Source: Eledone cirrhosa (Eukaryota). From it: DNA of 64,000 bases. Each line of letters begins with the position of its first letter. The first letter of the stretch is position 1. This document shows, piece after piece, positions 12,703-27,519 of this stretch. A program made the position numbers and the translations under genes. The notes under the pieces are model-generated. The model worked only from the letters and a program-made list of their open reading frames with translations, was not told the DNA's origin and ran no database searches. The stretch covers positions 37,944,001 to 38,008,000 of the forward strand of contig OZ024744.1 of the NCBI GenBank assembly GCA_964016885.1. The letters run 5' to 3'.

Positions 12703-13175
12703 ATTAAATAAATGGAAACTATATTTATAAAACCATAATTATTTTATTATATATATTTCAAGGGCAACCAAGACAACATTGGTACGCTTTCATCAGATAA
12801 AATACAAAGTTTGTTTTATAAATAGAGACGTACCCACGGTTGTTTTTTCAATTATTTACACATTAATTTGCATATTCACACATAAGTTTGAATAATCCCT
12901 AACATGTTTCCACTATCCAGTGAATTTCCGACCGATAAGGTATGATTTTCATGGGTACGTCTCTATTTATAAAACAAACTTTGTATTTTATCTGATGAAA
13001 GCGCACAAATGTTGTCTCGGTTGCCCTTGAAATATATATAATAAAATAAATATGGTTTTATAAATATAGTTTCCATTTATTTAATATCATGGAATATTTA
13101 CTCCAGTAACTTGTTGAGTGCTCTAAATCAGTTATACACATTTACGTTTGTCGGACTTCCAACAAATTAAATACA
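12699..13175. mobile_element. H1 pseudo-LTR inverted pair in (TA)n; hammerheads at 12740-12804 (-) and 12984-13048 (+)
   Basis: Arms ~12699-12836 and ~12952-13090 are reverse complements. Each reads tattttat-CTGATGA-aagcg...ccctt-GAAA-tatata-TA-ataaaata with a perfect 8-bp stem I. Confidence 0.8.
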
Positions 13176-13183
13176 ACTTCTAC

Positions 13184-13214
<31 letters not shown>

Positions 13215-14140
13215 TACATATATACATATATACATATATATATATATACATGTATGTATTTACGTATGTTTACATGTATGCATATATGTATGAATATATA
13301 TGTGTATACATGTATGTATGTATGTATAGGGTTCCTTAGACAAAGGGAAATACGCATACATAAGGGGATAGAATGAATGGCTGTGTGTATGCACAATCTA
13401 TATATATATATATATGTGTGTGTGTGTTTTCTTTATAGTAGGATTTTTGAAAACAATGAAGTTTTAGTTCTAAGTAGGCGTAGTGCCAAGAAATCACGAC
13501 GATACTCATTACTAACCAATATATGATGCCAAGAAGATTATCAATGACCTCTATAATTTAATGCCATCTCTCCTACCAATGAATAAGTACTCTTTTAATC
13601 TCATCTTTGATCTTAATGTTAAAATAAAGATGTAGAGGTTTAGACTGAAAATTATTCTTGCATTCAAATGACTGCATAATAGAAATAAGATCAGCACGAT
13701 TTCTATTGCTATAAAGGGATATTAAAAATAACTCTAAAATTACATATATTAATATATACAGATTATTCAACTGGAAGAGACGATAAAATGATCGACAAAA
13801 GACCTTGTGCTGTGTAATTAAAACATTTTTGCGTTCTCAGCTCAAAATCTTGTCTAGATCGACTTTGCCGTTACTTTGTATACTTGGGACTATGAAAATA
13901 AGTCCTAATCCACAATCCGTGTTGATTTATCTAACGATACCACCCATATTCCTGTAAAACATATGTATATCCAGAGCATATATATATATATAGAAATACA
14001 CACACATACACACACACTCACTGTTTGGTTGGTTTTCGCTTCTGTATCTTTTATATCTCCACAGTTAATTCATCTGGTCCTCATTGTTTATCATTGATTG
14101 ACCAACCGTCAAAAATACAGATATAAATATATATATATAT

Positions 14141-14194
14141 ATAGTCTAACAAAGTTCTTTCGTTGCACATCTGCAACATCATCAGTGGTACTAT
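14141..14194 (-). ncRNA. Type I hammerhead motif at the 3' end of the decayed PLE
   Basis: CTGATGA-t-gttgca(gatg)tgcaac-GAAA-gaac-TT; 6-bp stem II, imperfect stem I. Confidence 0.6.
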
Positions 14195-15825
14195 TATGCT
14201 CCTCCTGTTGTATTGTATGTCCATGCCATTTTTATTTTATCTGTTTATTTGTTTTTGTCTTCTCTGCGCATGCGTTTCGTGTGTGTATAGTGTTTGATGA
14301 GTGTTCGTGTTTGGGTGACTGTGTTTTGGTTATTGTATTCTATCTTAGTTTACTAGTGTGTGTTTATATATGTTTGTTGTTATTGTGCTTGTGTATATAT
14401 ATATTTATTTATTTATTTATTTATATTTCTCTTAATTCAGTATTGTTTGTTTGGGTGTTGTTGTTATTCCATTCATTTCTTCTGTTTAGATTTGGCCTTC
14501 TAAGCTCTATTTCACTGGCCTCTCTGATTTGCCTACCTGTTGGGTCATTTCTATGTTTAGATATTATTTTAATTTCTATGTTGTCTATGTTACCATCACG
14601 TTGTTGTCTGGCGTATTCGTATAGTACTGAACCGTTTGTTCGTCCTTTTAATTCCCCCCAGTGTTAGTCTATCCTTTCACCTATGCTTCGAGCTGTCTCG
14701 CCTATGTATGTTGTGTCATGTTTCTGCAAGTATCCTCTGTACATCTTATGCTATAGACTACGTTTCTAGTTTTACAGTTTATCCGGGGATTTACCTTACA
14801 TATGATACATTTCCTATTAGTACAGTGGGTTTTCTTAAAAGGGTAGGTTTTGCTGATCAGGGATTTTATGGTAGTTCCTGCCTTTTCTACCACTTTTATC
14901 TTTAAGTGGGTCTTTCTCAGGGCCTTTCTACACTGGTTAGCTAATTTCCCTCCAGGGGTAGCGTCCACAAACCTGACACTCTGGTATCTCTGGTTGTCGT
15001 ATCATGAGGTGGCTATCCCTGTCTTATGTTTAGTCCTATCTAAGCTATTCCATGATTTGCTCCTGTATAATGGGCAAATTCCTTTCATGTCCAGTTCTAT
15101 GAGGGTCTTACACTTCTCCATGGCTCCGTCGTATACTCCGACTCTGTCTCTTTGGTTGTAGCCAGAGAACTGCATGCGGTTGATGAAGTGTTGGATGTGT
15201 CTTTCGTTTTTGGTTGGGTCGCACATGCGGAACACGTTCTTCATCACTCGTACCAAGTCTGCCATCAGAATATTAAACTTAACACTACTGGACATTGCTG
15301 AGTTTTTGAGTATCAGGTATTTGGAGGCCATAGGTTTAGCGTAGTGTGAGTGGAGAATTTGGGCCCTTTCGTCTATATTGTTAATCCAGAATTCCGTTTC
15401 TAATACAGGAAGTCTATTGTTATACTCTGGTGTATGGAATTAGCTATCTGCCGGATGCTTTCCATTGTGCTACATTCTAAATCATATTTGTTAATGCTCT
15501 CTTATGGGGGTGTCCTTATTACTATATTAATATCGTCTACATAACGAGAGTACATGATGAGGTCTATGGAGCTCTCATTAAGGAGATCTGTGAGTCTCCT
15601 TTCCCACCATACCATAAAAAGTTTGGCAACGTCACCAGCTATGCTGACGCCAATGGCCGCTCCTTCATTTTGGGTGTAGATCTTTTCCTCGAATTTGAAT
15701 ATATGGCCCTTTAGAGTAGTTTTAATATTAGCCCCTATTGCATGCGCATCCATTTTTCGTACCTGATCATTGTTTGGGGGTCCGTATGGCTTTTGTCCAC
15801 CCAATCCACCTTCCCATGGGAGTCT
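14141..15825 (-). pseudogene. Decayed Penelope-like element (RT plus GIY-YIG), a different lineage from the 59-kb element
   Basis: Fragments 15502..15804 (EGAAIGVSIAG...YSRYVDD), 15002..15331 and 14702..14968 (CIIC...CKTRNVVYSIRC). A shifted frame continues YIGETARSIGERID; flanked by (TA)n. Confidence 0.8.
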
Positions 15826-15844
15826 TTATATATATATAAATGTA

Positions 15845-16065
15845 TATTTATTTATTGTATAGAAGGATCTTCTACAGGACTAGAACTGTTTCATTCAGAT
15901 GAAATCTTCAGGAAGCTCATGAAGATTTCATCTGAAGATTTCATCTGAATGAAACAGTTCTAGTCCTGTAGAAGCTCCTTCTATACAATAAATATATTTT
16001 ACTCTGCCATGTATTGAGTACCTTACTTACTGTGGTTATCCCCGACTCAACCCGGGACCTACGTA
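15845..16065. mobile_element. Hammerhead family H3 fold-back insertion in (TA)n
   Basis: 15848-15918 is inverted relative to 15932-15998. Minus copy 15866-15918 reads gagcttc-CTGAAGA-tttcatctgaat-GAAA-cag(ttctagtc)ctg-TA-gaagatc. Related to 26187-26390 and 12530-12628. Confidence 0.75.
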
Positions 16066-16099
16066 TAAATATATATATATATATATAAGCAAAAGGGAT

Positions 16100-16513
<414 letters not shown>

Positions 16514-16730
16514 GTAAATATGATAATAATGGAGCTGCGGCGTTGCAAATGGGTTACATATGAAAAAGTAAGTCCTTCATCAGTGACCCTCCAACCGTCC
16601 TAGGCATTTCATCGCTTTAAGGGCCTCTGATACCTCAGGTTGGTGCGAACAACGGCTAAAAAAAGTCGTTGGGACACGTAAATAAAGGGGACGTTAGGGT
16701 GAACAAACAAAATGGTTTAAGCAACAGAAA

Positions 16731-16789
<59 letters not shown>

Positions 16790-17404
16790 TTAAAAAGAGT
16801 CGAAATCAGTGTTGCCGCATTGCATCATAAGTACAAACTTTATTTCCATACTACAATTGTTTCGATATTGATCAACTCGGAGTACAATCCAATCAAGCTG
16901 ACTTGGCCACACGCTTTTTGACATCTCGTCTCATATGCGAGCTTAAATGTGCAACGACATATCCGTTTATCAGTTATTTTGCTAGCTAGCAGTAGTGAGT
17001 TTTTTTGTTTGTTTGTTTGTTTGTTTGTTTTACTTCTACACTTCTTTTTTTCATTCGTAGAATCTCATTCAGTTTAACGAGGCTGAAAACTGAAGTTGAT
17101 AAAGTTCTGCTTGTTTTTATTCTTTTATTTTAGTTTATTTTTCTTTGTATTTTCTCAAGTACATCTCTCTTTACATATGCAGAGTGTCCCCCCAAAATGT
17201 ATACACACTTTGATTAGAATGATGTGGAAGTGTGTATACATTTTTGGGGGATGCTCTTATATATATGTGGGATGTCCACGTGTTGGAAAGCCAAGAAAAT
17301 GTTTATCTCGGTGTTTTATATGAAATTTGTAACAAAATAAAATAAAAATAAATGATAAATAGGATATAAAATAAAATGGGGCGAAGAAGAAGAACAATAG
17401 CAAC

Positions 17405-18996
17405 ATGATGATGATCATGATAATGATTGTGGTTGTTGTGGTGGTGGAGGAGGGGGGTAGTGATGGTGGTGGCGCTGGAGGTGGTGATGGTGGTGGTGCG
17501 GATTGTGGTAGTGGTGGTGGTGCTGGAGATGGTGATGGTAGTGGTGTTGGTAGTGGTGGTGGTGGTGGTGCTGGTGGTGGTGATGGTGGTGGTGGGGATT
17601 GTGGTAGAGGTGATGGTAGTGGAGGTGGTGATGGTAGTAGTGATGGTAGTGGTGGTGGTGGTGGTGGTGCTGGTGCTGGTGCTGGTGCTGGTGGTGGTGA
17701 TGGTGGTGGTGGTGGGGATTGTGGTAGTGGTGGTGGTGGTGATGGTGCTGGTGCTGGTGATGGTGATGGTAGTGGTGGTGGTGGTAGTGGTGATGGTAGT
17801 GGTGATGGTAGTGGTGATGGTAGTGGTGGTGGTGGTGCTGGTGCTGGTGGTGGTGATGGTGGTGGTGATGGTAGTGGTGGTGGTGGTGGTAGTGGTGGTG
17901 GTAGTGGTGGTGCTGGTGATGGTGATGGTAGTGGTGGTGGTGGTGATGGTAGTGGTGATGGTAGTGGTGATGGTAGTGGTGGTGGTGGTGGTGGTGCTGG
18001 TGCTGGTGGTGGTGATGGTGGTGGTGATGGTGCTGGTGGTGGTAGTGGTGGTGGTGGTGGTGGTGCTGGTGCTGGTGGTGGTGATGGTGGTGGTGATGGT
18101 AGTGGTGGTGGTAGTGGTGGTGGTGGTGGTGGTGCTGGTGCTGGTGGTGGTGATGGTGGTGGTGATGGTAGTGGTGGTGGTAGTGGTGGTGGTGGTGCTG
18201 GTGCTGGTGGTGGTGATGGTGGTGGTGATGGTAGTGGTGATGGTAGTGGTGGTGGTGGTGGTGGTGCTGGTGCTGGTGGTGGTGATGGTGGTGGTGATGG
18301 TAGTGGTGGTGGTGGTGGTAGTGATGATGGTAGTGGTGATGGTAGTGGTGGTGGTAGTGGTGGTGCTGGTGATGGTGATGGTAGTGGTGGTGGTGGGGAT
18401 TGTGGTAGTGGTGGTGGTGGTGATGGTGGTGGTGTTGGTGATGGTGATGGTAGTGGTGGTGGTGGTGGAGATGTGATGGTAGTGGTGATGGTAGTGGTGG
18501 TGGTAGTGGTGGTGCTGGTGATGGTGATGGTAGTGGTGGTGGTGGGGATTGTGGTAGTGGTGGTGGTGGTGATGGTGGTGGTGTTGGTGATGGTGATGGT
18601 AGTGGTGGTGGTGGTGGTGGAGATGTGATGGTAGTGGTGGTGGTAGTGGTGGTGGTGGTGGTGGTGGTGGTGGTTATAGTCGTGGTGGGGATTCTGGTAG
18701 TGGTGGTGGTAGTGGTGGTGCTGGTGGTGGAGATGTGATGGTAGTGGTGATGGTAGTGGTGGTGGTGGTGGTGGTGGTTGTGGTGGGGATTGTGGTAGTG
18801 GTGGTGGTGGTGCTGGTGGTGCTGGTGCTGGTGATGGTGATGGTAGTGGTGGAGATGGTGATGGTGATGCTGATGGTAGTGGTCGTGGTGGGGATTGTGG
18901 TAGTGGTGGTGGTGGTGATGGTGGTGGTGCTGGTGATGGTGATGGTAGTGGTGGTGGTTGTGGTGATGGTGATGGTAGTGGTGATGGTAGTGGTGG

Positions 18997-19027
<31 letters not shown>

Positions 19028-19158
19028 GCTGGTGGTGGTGATGGTGGTGGTGGGGATTGTGGTAGTGGTGGTGGTGGTGATGGTGGTGGTGCTGGTGATG
19101 GTGATGGTAGTGGTGGTGGTTGTGGTGATGGTGATGGTAGTGGTGATGGTAGTGGTGG

Positions 19159-19189
<31 letters not shown>

Positions 19190-19700
19190 GCTGGTGCTGG
19201 TGATGGTGGTGGTGGGGATTGTGGTGATGGTGGTGGTGGTGATGGTAGTGATGGTAGTGGTGGTGATGGTAGTGGTGATGGTGGTGGTGGTGGTGGTGAT
19301 GATAGTGGTGGTGATGGTAGTGGTTGTGATGGTAGTGGTGATGGTGGTGATGGTGGTGGTGATTTTAGTGGTGGTGGTGATGGTAGTGGTGGTGATGGTG
19401 GAGGTGATGCTGGTGTAGGTGGTGGTGGTGGTGGTGGTGGTAGTGGTGGTGGTGGAGGTGGTGGTGGTGATGGTGGTGGTGGTGATGGTGGTGGTAGTGG
19501 TTGTGATGGTAGTGGTGATGGTGGTGATGGTGATGGTGGTGGTGGTGATGGTAGCGGTGGTGATGGTGGAGGTGGTGATGGTGGAGGTGGTGGTGGTGGA
19601 GGTGGTGGTGGTGGTGGTGGTGGAGGAGGGAGCGATGATGACGACAATGACGACAAGGCAGACGACGACGACAACGACAATGACAATAAATACGGCGACA
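17405..19700. repeat. Degenerate (GGT)n trinucleotide tract with internal block duplications
   Basis: GGT/GAT/AGT/GCT units with a recurring ggggattgtggtagt marker; it produces the Pro-, Gly- and Val-rich ORFs in several frames. Confidence 0.95.
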
Positions 19701-19997
19701 ACTCTGAACTCTATTTACTATGCTATAAGATAAACGTTTTTATTCACCGAGAAATATATATTTGTCTCTGTTTTGTCAGACGTAATAATGACGTAATATG
19801 ACTACATTGCAGCGAATATCCTTTTTATAAAGAAATATAGACGTTGTGTTGGAAATAATACATTCCTGCACAATTACCGGAATTACCGTCATTCTTTTCC
19901 ATGATTCTTTTCCAAGAAACTAGATATTGTTTCCAGGGTAACATCGGATGTATTGCATGTTTATATACATATCACGTGTGCATTGTTTATCAGCGTG

Positions 19998-20033
<36 letters not shown>

Positions 20034-20043
20034 TCTCTCTCTC

Positions 20044-20640
<597 letters not shown>

Positions 20641-20644
20641 TATG

Positions 20645-20699
<55 letters not shown>

Positions 20700-20704
<5 letters not shown>

Positions 20705-20882
20705 AAAAAGTATGACCCCGACGGCAGAGCTCAAGCCGTTTTGACGGCTATTTCTGGACTCCAGAAACGGCTTGAGCTCTGCCATCGGGGTTATAATTTT
20801 TCCTATTCCCCGCTATATTACCCTAAGTATTGAGTACTCTGGTGCGTTATGGTCCATCTGGTTCCTTACCACAATTCCTTTG

Positions 20883-20943
<61 letters not shown>

Positions 20944-21135
20944 AACGAGTAGGACCCCGACGGCTGAGCTCAAGCCGTTTCGACGGCTAATTCTGGACTG
21001 AATTAGAGTCCAGAATTAGGCGTCGAAACGGCTTGAGCTCAGCCGTCGGGGTCCTACTCGTTCCTATTACCCACTCTACTACCCTAAGTATTGAGTACGT
21101 TATGGTCCACCTGTTTCCTTACCACATTTCCTTTG

Positions 21136-21140
<5 letters not shown>
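20700..21140. mobile_element. Two fold-back insertions of family H4 separated by (TA)n
   Basis: gaccccgacggc.gagctcaagccgttt and its reverse complement occur at 20702-20805 and 20941-21067. Homologous to 35597-35879, 36760-36915 and 50262-50368. Confidence 0.75.
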
Positions 21141-21171
<31 letters not shown>

Positions 21172-21226
21172 TTAATAAATGATTTCTTTGTTTATTAAAT
21201 GGAAACTATATTTATAAAACCATATT

Positions 21227-21288
21227 TATTCTATTATATATATTTCAAGGGTACCAAAAACTTTGGTACGCACTCATCAGATAAAATA
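21227..21288 (-). ncRNA. Type I hammerhead ribozyme (H1)
   Basis: tattttat-CTGATGA-gtgcgtaccaaagtttttggtaccctt-GAAA-tatata-TA-atagaata. Confidence 0.8.
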
Positions 21289-21444
21289 CAAAATGTGTTT
21301 TATAAATAGTGACATACCTAAGAAACCAGACCTTATATATATATATGAGCGTGAAACTAATAAACCTTTGTTCGTACTGCCTCTCTGTTTTGTTCCCGTT
21401 CCATTTTTCACTATATATATATATATTTATGTAATAAACAACAT

Positions 21445-22230
21445 AAGACATATCGCTCACTCCTGTTGTTTATGAGGCTAAAATAACACCGGTAATCAAC
21501 AACCAGCCAGCCAGGAGTGAGCGATATGTCGGTATGACCCAGGACAGGTTTAAAACCAGATTTTACTCACATGTCGCTTCTTTTAAGCACTCCGATAAAC
21601 GAACATCAACGGCCCTCGCAAGTAAGGTGTGGGAATTCAAGGATAGTAACATCCCGTACTCTATCGATTGGTCTATCTTAGACCATTCGAGGGAGTACCA
21701 AAGAGGCACAAAGAATTGTTCTTTGTGTACCACAGAAAAATATAGGATTTTGCTAAACTTGAGAGCCACTTCTGCTTGCCTAAACTCAAAGACTTAGATC
21801 TTCAGATGTTGTCCTCATCTGAAATCACATCTGATCTGTAACTGGATTGACACTCCTATGATAAATCAACCGCCTTGAACTCCATCTCTGCTCTTTACTT
21901 CTACTACGGTTTTTTTTTATTTACTGAATCCACGTTCTGTACTTTTGTATTCTTTTTCTCCCTTATCTCCCCTTATATTTCACATTTCCCTATGTCTCCC
22001 CCCCCCCCATATATATTCTTTTTGCCTTACCCTTCACATACCAAAATGTATGTGTATGTATGTGTATGTGTATATGTATATATATATATATATATGTGTG
22101 TATATGTATGTATATGTAGATAGACCAGGTTTTTTTCATTCTGAGGATTGAAGGCAAATTTTTTTGCTTTTAAGAAACCACCGTGAATGGAATAATTGCC
22201 TTATGTTGTTTATTACATTACTACTATATA
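21445..22230 (+). pseudogene. 5'-truncated Penelope-like element: GIY-YIG C-terminus, 3' UTR and degenerate hammerhead (22137-22189)
   Basis: YVGMTQDRFKTRFYSH...STALASKVW...CSLCTTEK...CCPH. Short 5' inversion (21447-21465 vs 21512-21530). catt-CTGAGGA-ttgaaggcaaa..tttgcttttaa-GAAAC..GTG-aatg has a mutated cleavage triplet. Confidence 0.8.
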
Positions 22231-22295
22231 TATGTATATATAAGGTTCATATGAATTATCTAAGATTGAGTTTTACACACACACATATATATATG

Positions 22296-22326
<31 letters not shown>

Positions 22327-22442
22327 TTGTATTTGGTTGTGCGTGTTTGTGATATGTACGTATTTGTATGTGTATAATTGTATAGCTATGTATGTATGTG
22401 TGTATGTATATATATATATGTGTGTGTGTGTATGTGTGTGTG

Positions 22443-22549
<107 letters not shown>

Positions 22550-22994
22550 ATATGTGTGTGTATATATGTATATGTGTGTGCGTGCGTGTTTGTGTATGTA
22601 TTTGTGTATGTGTATGTATGTATTTATGTATTTGTATATGTATATTTATTTATGAGAGTGTGTGTATGTATTTACTTTTTCGTACGTATGTGTACGTGCA
22701 TGTGTGTGTATTGCTTACCACGCGTGTCTGTTCATCTACTCGTCACATGTATCGCTGTCAACTGTATAATTATTTTATTTTTTATATATATTTTTTCTTA
22801 TATTTATTTGCGTGTGTGAATATGTAGAGGTGTGTTTATTTTTCTAATTTTGTACATGCATATGTATGCATTTATGTATGTGTATGTATGTACGTGTCTA
22901 TATAGGTATGATTGTGTGCATGTATGTATGTATATGTATGTGTGTATGGATATATATGTGTATGTGTATGCATGTATGTATATATATATATTTA

Positions 22995-23109
22995 TTATAA
23001 CGCCCGCTTTGTCCGGAATAAATCAGGCTGTCCGTTTGTTTACAAACGGACAAAGCGGGCGTTATAATAAACGTCCGCTAAACTGATACGTACATATATA
23101 TATGTTTAC

Positions 23110-23154
<45 letters not shown>

Positions 23155-23581
23155 TGCTACTGTACGTCTGTATACATATATGTATGTACGTATACATACA
23201 TACTTACATTTAAGTAAGTGCCGTACTAAGAGTGAGAAATGAAATTTCGTTTCATCCTATTCCAACTTATCGTTTTCGGTACGCCTGGCCGACAGAACTC
23301 ACTCGATATGCAAATTAGGCTGCTCAGCCGTTAATTTTCATAAGGAAAGTATATAATTTCGAACGTTCAACCATCTGGCAGAAGCGTATACGGTGCTGAT
23401 GATAGCTAAGAAGCTTGAAACTAGTACACCGTTCCTGTGTCAGTGTTGAACAAAAAGGTGACGTGGTTGCCTTAACACCGTACGGCATAAATCAGGCTGT
23501 CCGCTTGTTTATAAACGGACAAAGCGGGCGTTTTAATAAACGTCCGCTAAACTGATACGTACATACATATATGTGTACCTG

Positions 23582-23582
<1 letters not shown>
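22995..23582 (+). mobile_element. Non-coding hammerhead element (H5) with ~90-bp direct terminal repeats
   Basis: 23019-23112 is repeated at 23488-23582, with a short 5' inversion at 22995-23013. Homologue at 54020-54490. Confidence 0.7.
23390..23432 (+). ncRNA. Minimal type I hammerhead ribozyme (H5)
   Basis: acggtg-CTGATGA-tagctaagaagctt-GAAA-ctag-TA-caccgt: perfect 6-bp stem I, agct/agct stem II, palindromic CTAG loop III. Confidence 0.88.
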
Positions 23583-23649
<67 letters not shown>

Positions 23650-23651
<2 letters not shown>

Positions 23652-26136
23652 GGAGGTGAGTTTTATTGTAGTACAATAAAGCAATGCAGATATCGGATAA
23701 GAAGCACTCTACAGTTTGTAGGACTGGAGTATACATAATATAAGATCAAAAGATGGTTAAAGGAGTTCCATGTATTTTATTATGCGCATTTCAAAAACAA
23801 ACATCATCATGCAATAATATTTGTGTTTTCATCAGATAAAACAGGAGAACATGATATGAAGGCTAAAAAACACTTGTGGATAGTGCAGTTTTAAATCAAC
23901 ATATGAAAAGTGGTTTTAGATTGATGTGTGATATTGGGAAAAATATTTTATTTAGAGAGGGGGGGGTGGAAAGGATGAAAAAGGGGAGGAGATGAGAGGG
24001 AGAGATGGGTGATAGAGAGAAAGAGATAGTTTTTATAGCTGAGAGGAGATATATTGTTTTACATAGAGAGGTTGAGAACCGTTGGAAGATAATGTATAAA
24101 TTAAAAGAATTTGAAAATTAACGAAGGGAGGGGGGTGCTGGAAAGGATGAAAAAAGGGGGAGGAGATGAGAGTGAAGGTGGAGAGGGAGAGATGGGTGAT
24201 AGAGAGAAAGAGATAGTTTTTATAACTGAGAAAAAGATATATTGCTTTACATAGAGAGGTTGAGAACCGTTGGAAGATAATGTATAAATTAAAGGAATTT
24301 GAAAATTAACGAAGGGAATTTATGTATGAAGATAGAGAGAAAAAATAATAATTGTGGATGAATATTCTAACGTCAAAAAAAGTGTATGTTGATAAGTATT
24401 GTGGCAATTTCAAAATTAACGAAGAGAAAAATTATTAAGGTTTGTGTGTAGAAGGATTTGAGAAAAATAATGTGAAGTTAAAGTTTGTATATTGAAGGAA
24501 TTGATAATATATGCGAATAAAGAGTTAATATGTATTAAGAATGAGTTCGTTGATGGGGAGAAAAAAATAATAAATTAAGGATGAAATTGAGATTAAAAAG
24601 ATTTATGATAGAGAGAAAAAATAATAATGATTGCGGATGAATATTCTAACGTCAAAAAAATAAATGTATATGTTATGAAGGATTTTACAAGGTGAAGATA
24701 GAATGAGGGTAATGAGTAAACAAGTATTATAGAGTGTATAATGCCCTTTAAAGTAAGGTAGGAAGATGGGTATATTTTAAATACAAACTTAAAAGAACCA
24801 ACACTGCTCTCTCAGAACTCATATGGTCCTTAAAAGACAAAAACATTAAATATACCATCTTTTGGAAGAAGGTTTCTTCTGCATCCTCATACTTGAACAG
24901 CTCTCTATCTAAAATCTGTAATCTCTGCCTAAATGAAAAATTTACCATTATCTCTAACCTAGATTCTATAATAAATAGACGTACAGATTTGTTTTCTATC
25001 TGCCTGCATAAATTCCATAGGACTTTTCACAAAGTATACAGTTAATATTCAATTCTTTATCAATTTAGAATCTTTTCTCAAAGACACATATACATACACC
25101 TCTTTAAAATATACCCATCTTCCTACCTTACTTTAAAGGGCATTATACACTCTATAATACTTGTTTACTCATTACCCTCATTCTATCTTCACCTTGTAAA
25201 ATCCTTCATAACATATACATTTATTTTTTTGACGTTAGAATATTCATCCGCAATCATTATTATTTTTTCTCTCTATCATAAATCTTTTTAATCTCAATTT
25301 CATCCTTAATTTATTATTTTTTCTCCCCATCAACGAACTCATTCTTAATACATATTAACTCTTTATTCGCATATATTATCAATTCCTTCAATATACAAAC
25401 TTTAACTTCACATTATTTTTCTCAAATCCTTCTACACACAAACCTTAATAATTTTTCTCTTCGTTAATTTTGAAATTGCCACAATACTTATCAACATACA
25501 CTTTTTTTGACGTTAGAATATTCATCCACAATTATTATTTTTTCTCTCTATCTTCATACATAAATTCCCTTCGTTAATTTTCAAATTCCTTTAATTTATA
25601 CATTATCTTCCAACGGTTCTCAACCTCTCTATGTAAAGCAATATATCTTTTTCTCAGTTATAAAAACTATCTCTTTCTCTCTATCACCCATCTCTCCCTC
25701 TCCACCTTCACTCTCATCTCCTCCCCCTTTTTTCATCCTTTCCAACCCCCCCTTCCCTTCGTTAATTTTCAAATTCTTTTAATTTATACATTATCTTCCA
25801 ACGGTTTTCAACCTCTCTATGTAAAACAATATATCTCCTCTCAGCTATAAAAACTATCTCTTTCTCTCTATCACCCATCTCTCCCTCTCATCTCCTCCCC
25901 TTTTTCATCCTTCCCCCCCCTCTCTAAATAAAATATTTTTCCCAATATCACACATCAATCTAAAACCACTTTTCATATGTTGATTTAAAACTGCACTATC
26001 CACAAGTGTTTTTTAGCCTTCATATCATGTTCTCCTGTTTTATCTGATGAAAACACAAATATTATTGCATGATGATGTTTGTTTTTGAAATGCGCATAAT
26101 AAAATACATGGAACTCCTTTAACCATCTTTTGATCT

Positions 26137-26143
<7 letters not shown>
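23650..26143. mobile_element. Truncated Penelope-like element (H2) with ~1.04-kb inverted arms; hammerheads at 23774-23842 (-) and 26037-26105 (+)
   Basis: Arms 23737-24781 and 25103-26143 are near-identical reverse complements. The spacer encodes on + TNTALSELIWSLKDKNIKY...CNLCLNEKFTII...SICLH, a PLE GIY-YIG C-terminus. (TA)n on both flanks. Confidence 0.88.
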
Positions 26144-26186
<43 letters not shown>

Positions 26187-26190
<4 letters not shown>

Positions 26191-26387
26191 TTAATATAGA
26201 TGAGATTCTACAGGATTAGAACTGTTTCATTCATTTGAAATCATCAGGAATCAGAGATTCCTGATGATTTCAAATGAATGAAACAGTTCTAGTCCTGTAG
26301 AATCTCATCTATATTAAAACTGTTATACTCTGCTATGTATTGAGTACCTTACTTACTGTGGTTACCTCCGATTCAACCCGGAATAAC

Positions 26388-26390
<3 letters not shown>
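26187..26390. ncRNA. H3 fold-back with back-to-back hammerheads at 26202-26252 (-) and 26254-26306 (+)
   Basis: gagattc-CTGATGA-tttcaaatgaat-GAAA-cag(ttctagtc)ctg-TA-gaatctc: perfect 7-bp stem I and a real stem III. Palindrome spans 26187-26321. Confidence 0.85.
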
Positions 26391-26419
<29 letters not shown>

Positions 26420-26472
26420 GCATGCTACTGTACGTCTGTATACATATATGTATGTACGTATACATACATACT

Positions 26473-26511
<39 letters not shown>

Positions 26512-26514
26512 CTA

Positions 26515-26576
<62 letters not shown>

Positions 26577-26591
26577 ATATATATATATATA

Positions 26592-26650
<59 letters not shown>

Positions 26651-27475
26651 TGTTAGATAGATCGATACATAGACAGATACACCTATTAATATGTAATATA
26701 TAAATATTTATATTGAGTATAATACATACATATATATGTATGGGTGTATTTATATTTATTTGTATATATGTATATATATATGCATGTGTGGTGTATGTGG
26801 GTGTGTGTATGGGTATGTACATATGTTACACAAACATAAACATGTATATATATATATGTGCGTGTTTTATATAAATAAACATGTTACATTTACACACTCC
26901 TTCGATGTATGCGTACGTATACATAAAGATAAACACACACACACTCTCTCTCCCTCATACACACACACACATACTCACACTTTCTCTTATTCACACATAT
27001 GTTTGCCTATGTGTATATGTGTGTGAGATTGTGTGCGGTGTACATGAGTTTGTCCGAATGTGAATCACGGTATGTGTGTCTGTATGTATGTGTGTGTGCG
27101 CGTATGTATGGTGTATATATATGTGTGTGTCGGAACGTCAATGTTTGTATATGCATATGCATGCTTGTTTGTGTGTGTGTCTGTATGCGTGCGGTGTATG
27201 TGGGTGTCAGAATCTGAATGTATGTGTATATATCGGGGGGTGGGGGTGGATGTGTGTGTATGTGAGTGTGTGTATGTGTGTATGTGTCTGTGTCTCTGTG
27301 TGTATGAGGGGCGTGAATGCCTATGTGTGTGTGTGCGTGCGTGCGCGTGTGTGTGTGTGTGTGCGTCTGTGAGTCTATGTGTCTGTGTATGTGTGTGTGT
27401 GTCTGTATGTATGCGTCTTTGTGTCTGTGAGTCTATGTGTGTGTGTGTGTGTGTCTGTGTGTGTGTGTGCGCGTT

Positions 27476-27519
<44 letters not shown>

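Noticed and set aside
17257-19701. 814-aa proline-rich (extensin/formin-like) ORF and the antisense Gly/Val-rich ORFs
   Set aside because: By-product of a (GGT)n tract that is open in several frames on both strands; no unique domain or gene structure.
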